Assembly: GCA_965261395.1 (NCBI GenBank)
Contig: OZ253462.1
Span: 3,648,001-3,712,000 of the forward strand
DNA: 64,000 nucleotides
Reading direction: 5' to 3'
Source of the DNA: Candidatus Latescibacterota bacterium
GTDB lineage: Bacteria; Latescibacterota; UBA2968; UBA8231
Shown here piece after piece: positions 36,909 through 47,936 of the stretch (position 1 is the stretch's first letter; each line of letters opens with the position of its first letter). Under the pieces are notes generated by a model. It had not been told where the DNA came from. It ran no database searches and saw only the letters and a list, made by a program, of their open reading frames with translations. Both the position numbers and the translations under genes were made by a program.

Positions 36909-38331
36909 ACAGCACCAGGAGCGTAAAAACCTCCAGCCGCCCAATCAGCATGGCAAAGCACAGGATCCACTTGGCGACCGAATTGATGTCGCCGTAGTGG
37001 AGGGCGACTTGCCCCAGGCCCGGTCCTAAGTTGTTGATACAGGCGGCTACCGCTGAAAAGGCCGTAGTCAGATCCAAATCGGTGGCGAGCACGGCGATGA
37101 ACATGATCGTGAACGCCAGCACGTACACTGAGAAAAACCCCCACACCGCTTCCATGACCCGATCGGGAACAGCCCGCTGCCCCACCTTGATGGGGAGGAC
37201 CGCGTTGGGGTGGATCAGGCGCGTGATCTCTCGGCTTCCCTGCTTTAGAATGAGCAACAGACGCATCACTTTTATGCCCCCTGCCGTCGAGCCGGCGCAG
37301 CCGCCGGTAAACGAGCCGAGGAACAATAAAAACGGCAGCACGCTGGGCCAGACCGAATGGTCCGCAATGCTAAACCCCGTGGTGGTGACAATGGACACGG
37401 TGGCGAAGAGTCCGTAGCGCAGGGACGCGACGGCGTCGTGCTCGTTGTGTGTAAAGAGTATCAGCCAGGCAATTAGGGTGGTGATTAGCAAAATGGCCAA
37501 GTATGTGCGGCATTCAGGGTCGGTACGGTACGAGTGCAGCGACCGCTGGCGAAAGGCGTAGAAGTGCAACGTGAAGTTTATGCCCGATAGCACGATAAAA
37601 AAGACGGCGACTAGCTCGATGGCTTGGCTGTTAAAAAAGCCGATACTGGCGTCGTGAGTTGAAAAACCGCCGATGGCAACCGTTGAAAAGCTGTGGGCAA
37701 TGGCATCGAATGGTTCCATGCCGGCCAGCCAATAGGCCAAGGCACAGGCCACGGTTAAACTCAAATAGATGTACCACAGGGCCTTGGCGGTATGGGTGAT
37801 CCTCGGCGTCAGCCTTGAATCCTTAATGGGGCCGGTGATCTCGGCGCGAAAAAGCTGCATGCCGCCGATGCCGAGCATGGGCAACACGGCGATGGCGAGG
37901 ACGATGATGCCCATGCCGCCCAACCACTGGAGCTGCTGGCGGTAGAACAGGATGGATCGGGGTAGGTCGTCTAGGCCCTGGATGACGGTAGCACCGGTCG
38001 TGGTCAGGCCAGAGAGGGATTCAAATACAGCGTCGGTAAAGCTCAGATGCGGCTGGTCGGACAACATCAGCGGGAAGGAGCCGTACAAGCCCAAGACGGT
38101 CCAGAACAAAACCGTTACCAAAAAGCCGTCCCTGATCCGCAACTCGGCGCGCTGCCTGCGCACGGGCAACCAGCACGCCAGCCCGGTGACGAGCGTAATG
38201 ACAAAGGCCAACAGAAAGGCGGTTGCCGCTCCATCGCGGTAGAGGAGGGATACGCCGGCGGGCACTAACATGGTGACGCTAAACAGCGTCAGCAGGACGC
38301 CCAGCACCCGAAATGTCCCCGCGGGGTGCAT
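36883..38331 (-). CDS. trkH: Trk potassium uptake permease
   Basis: [49 protein letters not shown]. Confidence 0.95.
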   Translation of the reverse strand: MHPAGTFRVLGVLLTLFSVTMLVPAGVSLLYRDGAATAFLLAFVITLVTGLACWLPVRRQRAELRIRDGFLVTVLFWTVLGLYGSFPLMLSDQPHLSFTDAVFESLSGLTTTGATVIQGLDDLPRSILFYRQQLQWLGGMGIIVLAIAVLPMLGIGGMQLFRAEITGPIKDSRLTPRITHTAKALWYIYLSLTVACALAYWLAGMEPFDAIAHSFSTVAIGGFSTHDASIGFFNSQAIELVAVFFIVLSGINFTLHFYAFRQRSLHSYRTDPECRTYLAILLITTLIAWLILFTHNEHDAVASLRYGLFATVSIVTTTGFSIADHSVWPSVLPFLLFLGSFTGGCAGSTAGGIKVMRLLLILKQGSREITRLIHPNAVLPIKVGQRAVPDRVMEAVWGFFSVYVLAFTIMFIAVLATDLDLTTAFSAVAACINNLGPGLGQVALHYGDINSVAKWILCFAMLIGRLEVFTLLVLFSPAFWRK

Positions 38332-38339
38332 ACGTTAGT

Positions 38340-39683
38340 TCACCCCCCGAAGATCTTTCTCACTTCCTCATGGACGTAGTGCCGGGCGAAGACCACGGCT
38401 TTGTCGCCGGACTGGATGCGCGTGTCTCCGCGAGGGATGATCACGCTATCGCCGTGGACGACGGCTCCGATGATCGAATCCTTGGGCAGGCGGATGGAGA
38501 TCAGGGGTTTTTGGGTGATCTTGCTGCCGCCGTGGGCGATGTACTCGACGGCTTCTACGTCGAGGCCGGGTAGGCTGGCGATGGAGGCGATGCGCTGGTG
38601 CCGCACGTAGCGCTGGACGGCGTTGACGGTCAAAAGCTGTTTGCTCAACACCGAATCTAGGCCGATGGCTGGGGTGATGGGCATGTAATCGACGTTGTTG
38701 ACCAAGGCGATGGCGCGCGGCACTTCAAGGTGCTTGGCGACTAGCGTCGAGATGATGTTGACTTCGTCGTTGCCGGTAACGGCGATGAAGGCGTCCATGT
38801 CGGGGAGGCCCTCGACGGCCAACAGATCGTAGTCCGTGCCGTCGCCTTGGATGACCAACACGTTGGCGAGTTGATCGGCGATTTGCCGGGACCGATCGGC
38901 GCGGCTTTCGATGAGCTTGATGCGCATCTGCGAGGCAAGCTCCCGGGCGACGAACTGGCCGATTAGGCCGCCGCCGAGGATCACAATATCCTCGATGCGG
39001 TGGTCGGCGAGACCGGTCAAGCTAATCACGGAGGGAATGAAGTCGGGATCGCTGATGACGAAGATCCGGTCCTCTGGCAGCAGCGTGGTGTTGCCGCTGG
39101 GGATCAAGGTCTGCTGCTTGCGCTGGATGGCGACGATGCGCATGGGAATGTCGGCAAGCTGTCGCCCCAATTCGGCTAAAGGAGCGTGGAGCAAGGAGGA
39201 CTGGTGGTTGAGGCGCATGCCGAGCAAGACCAGCTTGCCTTCGGCAAACTCGACCAGATCGGTGGCACTGGACTGGCGGATGAGGCGGACGATGGCGTCG
39301 GCAGTTTCCTTCTCGGGGTGGATGAACTGATCGACGCCAAGTTCTTGGGGGCTGAAGATAAAGTCGGGGGCGGCGAATTCGGGGTTGCGGATGCGGGCGA
39401 TGGTGGATTCGACACCCAGCTTCTTGGCCATTCTACAGGCGAGCAGGTTGACCTCGTCGTTGGTGGTCATGGCGGCGACGAGATCTACCTTCTCGATGCC
39501 GATCCCGCGCAAGTCCTGCAAACTAGTGCCATTGCCCTCGGCAACGATGATGTCGAGCTGTTCGCTGACGCGCTTGACGCGACTGGGGTCGGTGTCAATC
39601 TGGGTAATATCGTGCCCGTCTTGGCTCAGTTGCTTGCTCAACTGGAAGCCGATGGCGCCGGCACCTATGACCAAAATGTGCAT
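38340..39683 (-). CDS. trkA: Trk potassium uptake NAD-binding regulator
   Basis: Two RCK units: IGAGAIG and ILGGGLIG, T.NDEVN twice, PRGDTRIQSGD. Confidence 0.95.
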   Translation of the reverse strand: MHILVIGAGAIGFQLSKQLSQDGHDITQIDTDPSRVKRVSEQLDIIVAEGNGTSLQDLRGIGIEKVDLVAAMTTNDEVNLLACRMAKKLGVESTIARIRNPEFAAPDFIFSPQELGVDQFIHPEKETADAIVRLIRQSSATDLVEFAEGKLVLLGMRLNHQSSLLHAPLAELGRQLADIPMRIVAIQRKQQTLIPSGNTTLLPEDRIFVISDPDFIPSVISLTGLADHRIEDIVILGGGLIGQFVARELASQMRIKLIESRADRSRQIADQLANVLVIQGDGTDYDLLAVEGLPDMDAFIAVTGNDEVNIISTLVAKHLEVPRAIALVNNVDYMPITPAIGLDSVLSKQLLTVNAVQRYVRHQRIASIASLPGLDVEAVEYIAHGGSKITQKPLISIRLPKDSIIGAVVHGDSVIIPRGDTRIQSGDKAVVFARHYVHEEVRKIFGG

Positions 39684-39752
39684 GGTTTTTAGTCGAATTT
39701 CGCTGCAAAATTAGAGTGTAGAAGCTAAAGATGATGTGCCCTCTGCGCTAAC

Positions 39753-40067
39753 TCAGTCGATGTGGAATACCTCGCTCAGGTCCTTGGCGCAGGGGCTGTC
39801 GTCCGGGTTGGAGGCCATGATGTCCTTCATGTAGGTCCACCACCGGCGGCAGTCCGGCGTCTCGGCAATGCGATTCCAGCGCTCCTCGTCCTCGAGTTCC
39901 ACGTAGGCAAAAAGCTGGTGGGTGTCTGCGTCGAGGAAGATGGAGTAGTTGTGGACGCCGTGTTCCACGAGGGTCTGTTCCAGCTCGGGCCAGATGGGGT
40001 TGTGGCGCTTTTCGTATTCGGCGTGTTGGTCGGGATTAACCTGCATGACAAAAGCTTTGCGGATCAT
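39753..40067 (-). CDS. rhaM: L-rhamnose mutarotase
   Basis: [47 protein letters not shown]; aaggag RBS. Confidence 0.95.
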   Translation of the reverse strand: MIRKAFVMQVNPDQHAEYEKRHNPIWPELEQTLVEHGVHNYSIFLDADTHQLFAYVELEDEERWNRIAETPDCRRWWTYMKDIMASNPDDSPCAKDLSEVFHID

Positions 40068-40089
40068 GGTGTCTCCTTGTTGGGGTAGG

Positions 40090-41559
40090 TTAGCGAATCA
40101 GGACCAATTTGCGCGTCAGGGTCGCGTTGGCGGTTTGCAAGCGGCACAGGTACACTCCGGTGGCGCGGCCGCTTCCGTTCCAAGAGACGGTGTGCCAACC
40201 AGCCGACTGCAGGCCTTGCGCCAAAACCGCTATCTGCTGCCCCTTGAGGTTGTACACGGCCAGCTCGACCGGCCCGGCCGCGTCCAGCGAAAAGCGGATG
40301 GAGGTGTGGCCGTTGAAGGGGTTGGGCGCGTTGGCGACGAGGGCCGTGCCACGGCTGGCCGCCGCGTCTTCAGCCTCAAGGGCCGTAGGGCGTGCGTCCG
40401 TCGTGAATTGGGCGAACCACAACTGGTAGTTGGGGTGGACGCCGGCGCTGAATACCACGGTAGGTCCTGGCGGCGCGAGACTGCCGCTGGCCGCGGAGAT
40501 ACCGTGCATGAAAAAGGTGGAGACCAGTCCGTGCTCCTCCAAATTCGGCAGAGGTTCCGTGCTCCAGCTCGCCCCGGCGTCCTCCGAGGTGTAGAGCCGC
40601 AGTTGCGCGCCGTAGGTGCTGGGAATCCACAGGCGCGTCGGCGCGTCGGGCGCGTGGAATATGGCCGCGACTTGCGAGGGGCTGAGGGCTTGGCCGCTCC
40701 AAGCTCGCGTCTGCGAATCGCGCTGGAAGATGTAGAGCTGGTTGGTCGCTTCCTCGTCGAGCTGGTACTGGCCGGTGACAAAGATGCGGCCGTCGGGCGT
40801 TCGCAGCATGGCCTCGCCAAAGGCCATCACGCCGTGCGCAAGTACTTCGGGTTGAGGTGGCTCCGCTGGTGCGTAGGGCACGTGCATGTAGAGGATGCGG
40901 TCGTAGCGGGCCGTTGGATCGGGCTGGTTGCTCACGAGCAGATGAACCCCGGTCGCGTCGGGCTGGACGACGGGGTACAGCCAAGTGGTAAAAGGCTCGT
41001 CTTGCCGCTGGGCCGGGGCCAAGACAAAGGGGCCGGTCCAAGTTTGCGCGCCCAAGTCGAGCACGGCCATTTGGAAGGTATAGGTGGCAGGGTCGCCGAT
41101 ATAGCCAATGACGAGCCGCTCCTCGTGGATCCCGGCGCCCATGTACCCGGCCTTGCCGATGGACGACGGCACGGGCAACGGCTCAAAGCGGTCGATCTGC
41201 CCCGGTTCGGTCGCCCGCAGCACGACGGGTGGGCCGTTGATGGTGGGGTAGATCAGGATGAGGCGCTGCTGGCCGTCGAGAAGCAATAGGCCCGGCTGGT
41301 AGTTGAGGCCGTCCCACGTATAACCGCGCTGCCAGTGGCCGTTTTCCAGCTTGTAGATCGCTCCCTGTGCCGTGGCCTGCTCGGGCCCCCACAGCCCCAG
41401 CGTGTAATAGGCCGTGCCGTCGAAGATTAGTTTGGGCGCGTTGTACCCCCAATAGGAGCTGACCCAAGCGACGCCCTCGTCGATTTTGGCTAGGTGCACA
41501 TCCACCTGGGTCCATCCCGGGTTGGCCCACAAGGCTAGGAGCAGTAGCCAGCGTAACAT
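40090..41559 (-). CDS. Secreted protein with C-terminal FlgD-Ig/CTD-like sorting domain
   Basis: [14 protein letters not shown] signal; Asp-box-like SEDAGASW; C-terminal NAPNPFN...VYNLKGQ...W.G...GVYLCRL...RKLVLIR. Confidence 0.7.
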   Translation of the reverse strand: MLRWLLLLALWANPGWTQVDVHLAKIDEGVAWVSSYWGYNAPKLIFDGTAYYTLGLWGPEQATAQGAIYKLENGHWQRGYTWDGLNYQPGLLLLDGQQRLILIYPTINGPPVVLRATEPGQIDRFEPLPVPSSIGKAGYMGAGIHEERLVIGYIGDPATYTFQMAVLDLGAQTWTGPFVLAPAQRQDEPFTTWLYPVVQPDATGVHLLVSNQPDPTARYDRILYMHVPYAPAEPPQPEVLAHGVMAFGEAMLRTPDGRIFVTGQYQLDEEATNQLYIFQRDSQTRAWSGQALSPSQVAAIFHAPDAPTRLWIPSTYGAQLRLYTSEDAGASWSTEPLPNLEEHGLVSTFFMHGISAASGSLAPPGPTVVFSAGVHPNYQLWFAQFTTDARPTALEAEDAAASRGTALVANAPNPFNGHTSIRFSLDAAGPVELAVYNLKGQQIAVLAQGLQSAGWHTVSWNGSGRATGVYLCRLQTANATLTRKLVLIR

Positions 41560-41715
41560 GGGGTCGGGAGGTCGTCTAGCACGCAGCAATCGTCGCGCAT
41601 GATCTGTTCGCAGGGGGTCATGGCCGTTTGCTCCTTTTCTCAAAGCTGTGCCAAGTGTCCGGCATTTCGCCTGCTGAGTCAAATTACACGTATATTACGG
41701 CACAAAAAGGAGACT

Positions 41716-43656
41716 TCAGAAATTGAAGATCATGTTGCCCTCGACGCCGTAGGCCCCGTCGATAAAGAGCCACAGGCAGACCGTGGTGAATTCGCCGAGG
41801 ATCAGCCCCAAAAAGAACGGCATCAGGGCGCGGTAGGCGCGCACCCCGCCGTAGCGCAGGATGGTCGCCTTGCAGAGCCAGGCCAGAAAGATGGACAACC
41901 AGCCATAGTAAACGATGGTAAAAGTAGAGGCGATGGGGAAACCCAAAGGATGCAGGGGCCACCACGCCAAGCGATGGCGCAAAAAGAGCAGGGCCGCCAT
42001 GACAAAACTCCCACTGGCGGTGAAGGCGAGGCGCGGGGCAAACGACGGCTCGGGCGCGTTGTACACCGAGGCCATATAGGTAAAGGGCCAGCGCGGCGCG
42101 CCGCTAAAGTACCAGCCGTGCAGGTTGATGCCGCCATAGGTATAGGCCAAGGTCATGGTAAACCAGATCGAGCCGAACAGCCCCACGGCGATGGCGGCAA
42201 ACAGCGCTCCAAGCAGCCAGCGCGGCGCGGGCGAGTCGCCGGAGGTGAGCTTGAGGCTGTGCATGACGGCGTTCATCATGTTGGCGGCGGTCTCGCCCAT
42301 CCACACCGCGCTCAGGCCCAAGCCGGTCATATTGCCAAGGCCGAGGGTCTCGGGGCCAATGCCTCGGGTGATGAAAGCCTGTGGGGCCATCGGCGTCTGG
42401 CAGCCGGGGATCCCGGCCTCGCAGACGATGCGCGACAGACCGATAAAGACGATGAGTGCCCCTGCCACCAGCAGCACCGCCGCGTACAGGGAGAGGCCGG
42501 TGAGGGTCAGCCAAGCCACCATGAACGCCACGCCAACTGCTAGGCCGCCAAAGGCCGTGCGCGGGGCCATGAGTTCGCCGGGGGCTGGCTCGCCTTTTAA
42601 CGCCTGGCTCCACAGGCGGCGCAGATGAGTGCGGGCGGTCCACATCACGAAGAGGGTCAGCACCAAGAGGCCGCCAGCCTGCTGATGGGAGACGGGGACC
42701 GAGCCGCCGCCCGAGGTCCAGATATCGCCCCCGCCGATTACGAGGCCGATGCGGGCGAAGACGACTTTTTCTAGGGTGTAGAACAAAAAGAAAAACCAGA
42801 TGCTGAAGGAGACGCTGAGCGCCATCAGGTAGGCTAAGCCCAAGATCGGCAGATTGACTCGCCAGGGTAGGCCGACGCTGCCTTGGAGCAGTGACAGGTT
42901 GCCGGCTAGGGCGATGGGCTGGAAGGCGTCGTGGTAGTAGTTGAGCGAGTTCCACGAGTGGATGAGGAGCGGTACGGCAAAGCCCAGCCACAGCAGGCGG
43001 TTCTTGAACAGGCCGCCGAGGGGGGACGCGGAGTCCGCGCCTTCGAGCATGGCCAAGGGCAAGCGGGTGAGGGGGAAGACGAGGCGCTCGTTGGCGACCC
43101 ACTGGCCTCTGAGCAACACGCCGAGGCAAAAGAGGACCCAGTAGAAGGCGAAGATAAAGCATATCCAGGCAGCTAACGGGCGGCTCCAGGCGGCCCACGG
43201 TATGGCGCTGCCTTGGGGCAGCCCTTCGTAGAACAAGCGCACGGCTTCGGTATCGGTGGGTGCCAGATAGGGGTGGATATACTCGACGAAGAGTTCCTGC
43301 CAGGCATTTTCCGGGGTGGCGTAGTACGCAGCTCCGGTGATGACCGACAGGAAGCTGCCGGTGAAGCCGGTGGTGACTACCACCGCGCCGACCAGCATCA
43401 TGGCGTACACGGCGATGAGTTCGGCGCGGGAAAAGGCCCACGCGCGGCCCAGCATCTTGAGCAGGGGCAGGACCGCGGTTGTCAGCAGAAAGAGGAAGAG
43501 GACGGCGATTAGGGGGATGGCATTGCTGGTGATCTGCGATCCCTTGACTATGAGGATTCCCCAAGGGCTTAGCACACTGATCGCTCCCACGAGGAGCAAA
43601 CCCGTGAGGACGGCGCGCAGGGAGAAGGCGGGCGGTTGGGGTGAAAAGGGAGGCAT
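41716..43656 (-). CDS. Multi-pass membrane protein, DUF6785/DUF6784-like (paralog of 32678-34642)
   Basis: YYATPENAW, WVANERLVFPL, RIVCEAG, WWPLHPLG, PFFLGLILG. Confidence 0.78.
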   Translation of the reverse strand: MPPFSPQPPAFSLRAVLTGLLLVGAISVLSPWGILIVKGSQITSNAIPLIAVLFLFLLTTAVLPLLKMLGRAWAFSRAELIAVYAMMLVGAVVVTTGFTGSFLSVITGAAYYATPENAWQELFVEYIHPYLAPTDTEAVRLFYEGLPQGSAIPWAAWSRPLAAWICFIFAFYWVLFCLGVLLRGQWVANERLVFPLTRLPLAMLEGADSASPLGGLFKNRLLWLGFAVPLLIHSWNSLNYYHDAFQPIALAGNLSLLQGSVGLPWRVNLPILGLAYLMALSVSFSIWFFFLFYTLEKVVFARIGLVIGGGDIWTSGGGSVPVSHQQAGGLLVLTLFVMWTARTHLRRLWSQALKGEPAPGELMAPRTAFGGLAVGVAFMVAWLTLTGLSLYAAVLLVAGALIVFIGLSRIVCEAGIPGCQTPMAPQAFITRGIGPETLGLGNMTGLGLSAVWMGETAANMMNAVMHSLKLTSGDSPAPRWLLGALFAAIAVGLFGSIWFTMTLAYTYGGINLHGWYFSGAPRWPFTYMASVYNAPEPSFAPRLAFTASGSFVMAALLFLRHRLAWWPLHPLGFPIASTFTIVYYGWLSIFLAWLCKATILRYGGVRAYRALMPFFLGLILGEFTTVCLWLFIDGAYGVEGNMIFNF

Positions 43657-43694
43657 GGATTGAGAGAATATAAAACGCGGAGGGCGTTGCGTCA

Positions 43695-45692
43695 GTGCTG
43701 ACTCGTAGGATGGTGTGGAGTATAGGCGCGGTTGCGTGGTTGGGCTGCACTCCGGTCGAAACGGATCGCCCGCCCACGGCTACCGATGGCCAGCGCGCGG
43801 TGCCGGCGGGCGACATCCCGCGCAGCGCGTGGCCAGAGGCTTGGTTCCGGCCGCCAGCCACGGCTGCGGCGGTGGGATTGCAGACCTTCCGCCAATCGCC
43901 TGTACTCGATGAATTGGTGGCTGCCGGTGAATTGCCGCCGGTCGCCGAGCGCCTGCCCGACGACCCAGTGGTAGTCGAACCTTTCGGCGAGATTGGCCGC
44001 TACGGGGGCACGGCCCGGCTGTTCTTAGCTGGTGAGAGCCTGATCAACGTGCCCGAGGGGGTGCTGCGTCCGGGGCCGCAAATGCGGTTGAATCTGCCGA
44101 ATTTTGCGGCAAAGGCCGAATACCTCAACGGCGCGCGGACCTTGCGGATCACCCTGCGTCCCGGCCACAAGTGGTCCGACGGCCATCCCGTAACGGCCGA
44201 CGACTACGCGTTCTGGTTCGACCACGTGCTGATGAACGAGGAGCTCACGCCGGTGGTGGAGCCTCGGTTTAAGGGCGCGCGGATCGAAAAGCACGATGCG
44301 CATAGTTTTAGCTATCACTTTCCCCAGCCGATGCCGCTGTTTGTCAATCACCTCGCCCACAATAGTTCGCGCTTGGCAGCGCCAGCGCACTTCATGCGCC
44401 GCTACCACCCGGCGTTTACCGATCCCGCGCAATTGGAGCGCGAGGCCGAAGAGCTGGGTTTGCAGGACTGGCTCACCTATTTTGGGGCCGTCAACAGCAC
44501 GACCGATCTGATCCCCTTCAACCGCCCCGTGCTGACGGCGTACGTGCTAGTCAGCCGGACTTCGACGCGCGCGCTGCTGCGCCGCAACCCCTACTACTTC
44601 AAGGTAGATCCCGAGGGCAACCAATTGCCCTATATCGACTATCTGGAGGTGCAGCGGGTCGATAGCCCTGAGATCATGGCGGCCAAAGCCTCGACCGGGC
44701 AGATTGACTTCGCCGGACGGCAGTTTATGACGGCTGATATTCCGCTGTTTAAGCGCTTTGAGCAGCACAATGACTATTCCACGTACGTCTGGCCGCGGCC
44801 CTACGGCTCGGATGTGGTGTTGCAGTTCAATTTGAATCATCCCGACGAGGGGCTGCGGCGGATTTTCCAAGACGTGCGCTTCCGGCGAGCCATGTCGCTG
44901 GCCATCAATCGGGAGGAGATCAACGACATCGTTTACTTCGGCCACGGGGTGCCGCGCCAGCTCACGGTGGTACCTGCGAGTCGCTACTTCGAGCCAGAAT
45001 TTGCCACGGCGTGGGCGCAGTTTGACCCGGCGCGGGCGGGTGCCCTATTCGACGAGATGGGGCTTGTCGATCGCGATGGGGACGGCAGGCGCGAGCGGCT
45101 CGACGGCGACCCTTTACAAATCACCTTGGAGTACATGATTGGCGAGACGCCCAAGCAGGTCACCTTGGATTTGGTCACGGCCCACTGGCGCGAAGCGGGG
45201 GTACACGTCAATCTCAAACAGATCAGCGGCAGTTTGCAGTGGATCCGCGCTAGGGCTGGCTTGATGGACATGACCATCTGGCACGCCGACCGCAACACGG
45301 ACATCCTCTTTCCCATTGAGCCTTATTGGTACGTGCCGACCAATGGCGGCTGGGAGCAAAGCCAGTGGTCCAAGTGGACGCGGTGGTATTTTTCCGACGG
45401 CGCGCTCGGGTGGGAGCCGCCGGCGCAGATCAAGGAACTGATCGGCTGGTGGGAGACGCTGCGCCGCACCACGGACGAGGAGGAGCGCATCGCAATGGGC
45501 AAGAAGATTCTCCGCAGCCAAGCCGAGAACCTGTGGGCACTCGGCGTCATTGGCTTGGGGCCGCATCCGGTCGTGGTCAGCCACAAGCTGCGCAATGTGC
45601 CGCCCCAGGGCTATTGGGGTTGGGATTCGCGCTGGACGTGGCCGTACTATCCAGAGACTTGGTATTTGGAGGAGGAGCAGATTGCAAGGTAA
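43695..45692 (+). CDS. ABC transporter solute-binding lipoprotein, family 5
   Basis: Lipobox-like WLGC; GELPPVAERLP, KWSDGHPVTADD, RNPYYFKVDPEGNQLPYID, DVRFRRAMSLAINR. Confidence 0.9.
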   Translation: MLTRRMVWSIGAVAWLGCTPVETDRPPTATDGQRAVPAGDIPRSAWPEAWFRPPATAAAVGLQTFRQSPVLDELVAAGELPPVAERLPDDPVVVEPFGEIGRYGGTARLFLAGESLINVPEGVLRPGPQMRLNLPNFAAKAEYLNGARTLRITLRPGHKWSDGHPVTADDYAFWFDHVLMNEELTPVVEPRFKGARIEKHDAHSFSYHFPQPMPLFVNHLAHNSSRLAAPAHFMRRYHPAFTDPAQLEREAEELGLQDWLTYFGAVNSTTDLIPFNRPVLTAYVLVSRTSTRALLRRNPYYFKVDPEGNQLPYIDYLEVQRVDSPEIMAAKASTGQIDFAGRQFMTADIPLFKRFEQHNDYSTYVWPRPYGSDVVLQFNLNHPDEGLRRIFQDVRFRRAMSLAINREEINDIVYFGHGVPRQLTVVPASRYFEPEFATAWAQFDPARAGALFDEMGLVDRDGDGRRERLDGDPLQITLEYMIGETPKQVTLDLVTAHWREAGVHVNLKQISGSLQWIRARAGLMDMTIWHADRNTDILFPIEPYWYVPTNGGWEQSQWSKWTRWYFSDGALGWEPPAQIKELIGWWETLRRTTDEEERIAMGKKILRSQAENLWALGVIGLGPHPVVVSHKLRNVPPQGYWGWDSRWTWPYYPETWYLEEEQIAR

Positions 45693-46744
45693 TTGTCCGG
45701 TCTTGTTCTTCAATCTTTATTAACCGCTGGTAGGGTTAGGTCCCTAAAAGCAAACTTCAACTAAAGGAGCGAATTCCAAATGAAAAAGGCTGTGGTGTTT
45801 CTCGTCGGTCTATTGTGGAGCAGTGCGGCGTCTACGGAGCCGATGGTCTCTGGACAGGTGCGGCTGGCCGATGGGCGGCCAGTGGATGGGGCAGAGGTGA
45901 TGTTGTTTGAGCTCGCTGATTTGCGTCGGGGCATCGTGGTGCGGGCGGCGACGGATGCGGCCGGGTATTTCTCGCTGCCGTTGGCGTCGTTGGGCGGGGA
46001 GGCATTGCCGCAGGGGTTTATGTTGGGACAGAACTATCCCAACCCGTTCAACCCTTCGACGATGATTACGTATCAGCTTCCTACGGCTACTCAGGTGCGG
46101 CTGGAGGTGTTCAACGTGTTGGGACAGCATATTGCGACGTTGGTGGACGAGGAGCGGTCAGCCGGTTTTCACGCGGCGCGGTGGGACGCGACCGATGAGA
46201 CAGGACGGGCAGTGGCGGCCGGGGTGTATTTCTATCGACTACGCGGTGAGGGAGTGGAATTGACACGGCGGATGGTGCTCATTGACGGGCAAGCGGGGAT
46301 CGCGGCAGCGGCTTCCTCGGCGGCGACGATGACGCCTACAGTAGCGGAGGAGCGGGAGTATGGTCTTGTCGTTTCGGGCACGGGCTTGGCAACTTATGTG
46401 GATGCGGCGTTTGGGGTACGGGCGGGGATGGAGCCGGTGGAATTGGTGGTAGAAGCGGCGGAACTGCTGCCGCGAGGCAAGGCGTTGGCCTGCGGCATTT
46501 TGGGCGACGTAAACAACGATGGGCAGGTGGATGCCAACGACGCGCTGATCGTATTGATGTACAGCCTCGATTCGTCTATTGCGTTATCCAACGGCAATAT
46601 GAACTGGGGCGATGTCAATGCCGATGGGCAGGTCAACTTGGCCGACGCGCTAGCAATTGTGGGATATGTGGCGAATCCGTTGGACGAGTCCCTGCCAGCG
46701 GGAATCGGGCGAGCGGCGGGCAGCGGGAGTTGGGTGGCCGGGCC

Positions 46745-47930
46745 GATACGCCGACTGACCAACAACAGTGCATTGGATCAGACTCCCGCTTGGTCCCCTG
46801 ATGGACAAAAAATCGCTTTCGCGTCCGATCGCGATGGCAACAAAGAGATTTACGTGATGGACGCCAATGGAGCTAACCCACGCCGCCTGACTTTCAACAG
46901 TACAGACGACTATTCTCCTGCTTGGTCCCCTGATGGACAAAAAATCGCTTTCGCGTCTGAGCGCGATGGTAATGTGGAGATTTACGTGATGGATACCGAT
47001 GGGGCGAATCCCCGCCGGCTAACCAGCAACAGCGAAAACGACTATCGTCCTGCTTGGTCCCCTGATGGACAAAAAATCGCCTTCATGTCTTATCGCGACG
47101 GCAACGAAGAGATTTACGTGATGGATACCGATGGAGCGAATCCCCGCCGGCTAACCAGCAACAGCGAAAACGACGGCCATCCTACTTGGTCCCCTGACGG
47201 ACGAAAAATCGCTTTCTCGTCTGAGCGTGATGGTAATGGAGATATTTACATGATGGACGCTGATGGATCAAATCTACGCCGCCTGACCTACAACAGTGAA
47301 TACAACTATCGTCCTGCTTGGTCCCCCGACGGACAAAAAATCGCCTTCATGTCTTATCGCGACGGCAATTGGGAGGTTTATGTGATGGATGCCAATGGCT
47401 CCAACCCACGCCGCCTGACCTACAACAGTGAATACGACGGCCATCCCACTTGGTCCCCTGACGGACGGTATATCATCTTCACATCCGAGCACGACAGTAA
47501 TGCAGATGTTTACGTGATGGATACGCAAGGTCCTAACCCACGCCGCCTGACCAGCAACAGCGAAAACGACGGCCATCCCGCTTGGTCGCCCGACGGACGG
47601 TATATCGCCTTCGCGTCCGATCGCGACGGCAATGCCGATATTTACGTAATGGACGCCGATGGATCGAATCTACGTCAGCTAACCAGTAACAGTAGTGACG
47701 ACATAGATCCTGCGTGGTCGCCTGATGGCCGATACATCGCCTTCGCATCCGAGGGCGGTATTGATACAGAGATTTACGTCATGGAGGCCGATGGATCGAA
47801 CCTGCGCCGCCTAACCAATAACAGTAGAGACGACAGGACTCCTGCTTGGTCGCCTAATGGACGATATATCGCCTTCACCTCCCAGAGCCGCAACAATTGG
47901 GATATTTACTGGATAGAGGCCGGTGGAGCG
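46745..47930 (+). repeat. Coding tandem repeat, 132-bp (44-aa) PD40 units
   Basis: Recurrent cttggtcccctgatggac...atttacgtgatgga at 132-bp spacing. Confidence 0.9.
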
Positions 47931-47936
47931 AACCTA

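Noticed and set aside
42104-43861. 585-aa alternative-frame ORF (likewise 39949-41289 +)
   Set aside because: Arg/Pro/Gly-rich off-frame or antisense shadows of well-supported genes.
46745-47930. Regular repeats resembling a CRISPR array
   Set aside because: Units are 132-bp in-frame PD40 coding repeats without unique spacers; no cas genes in the window.
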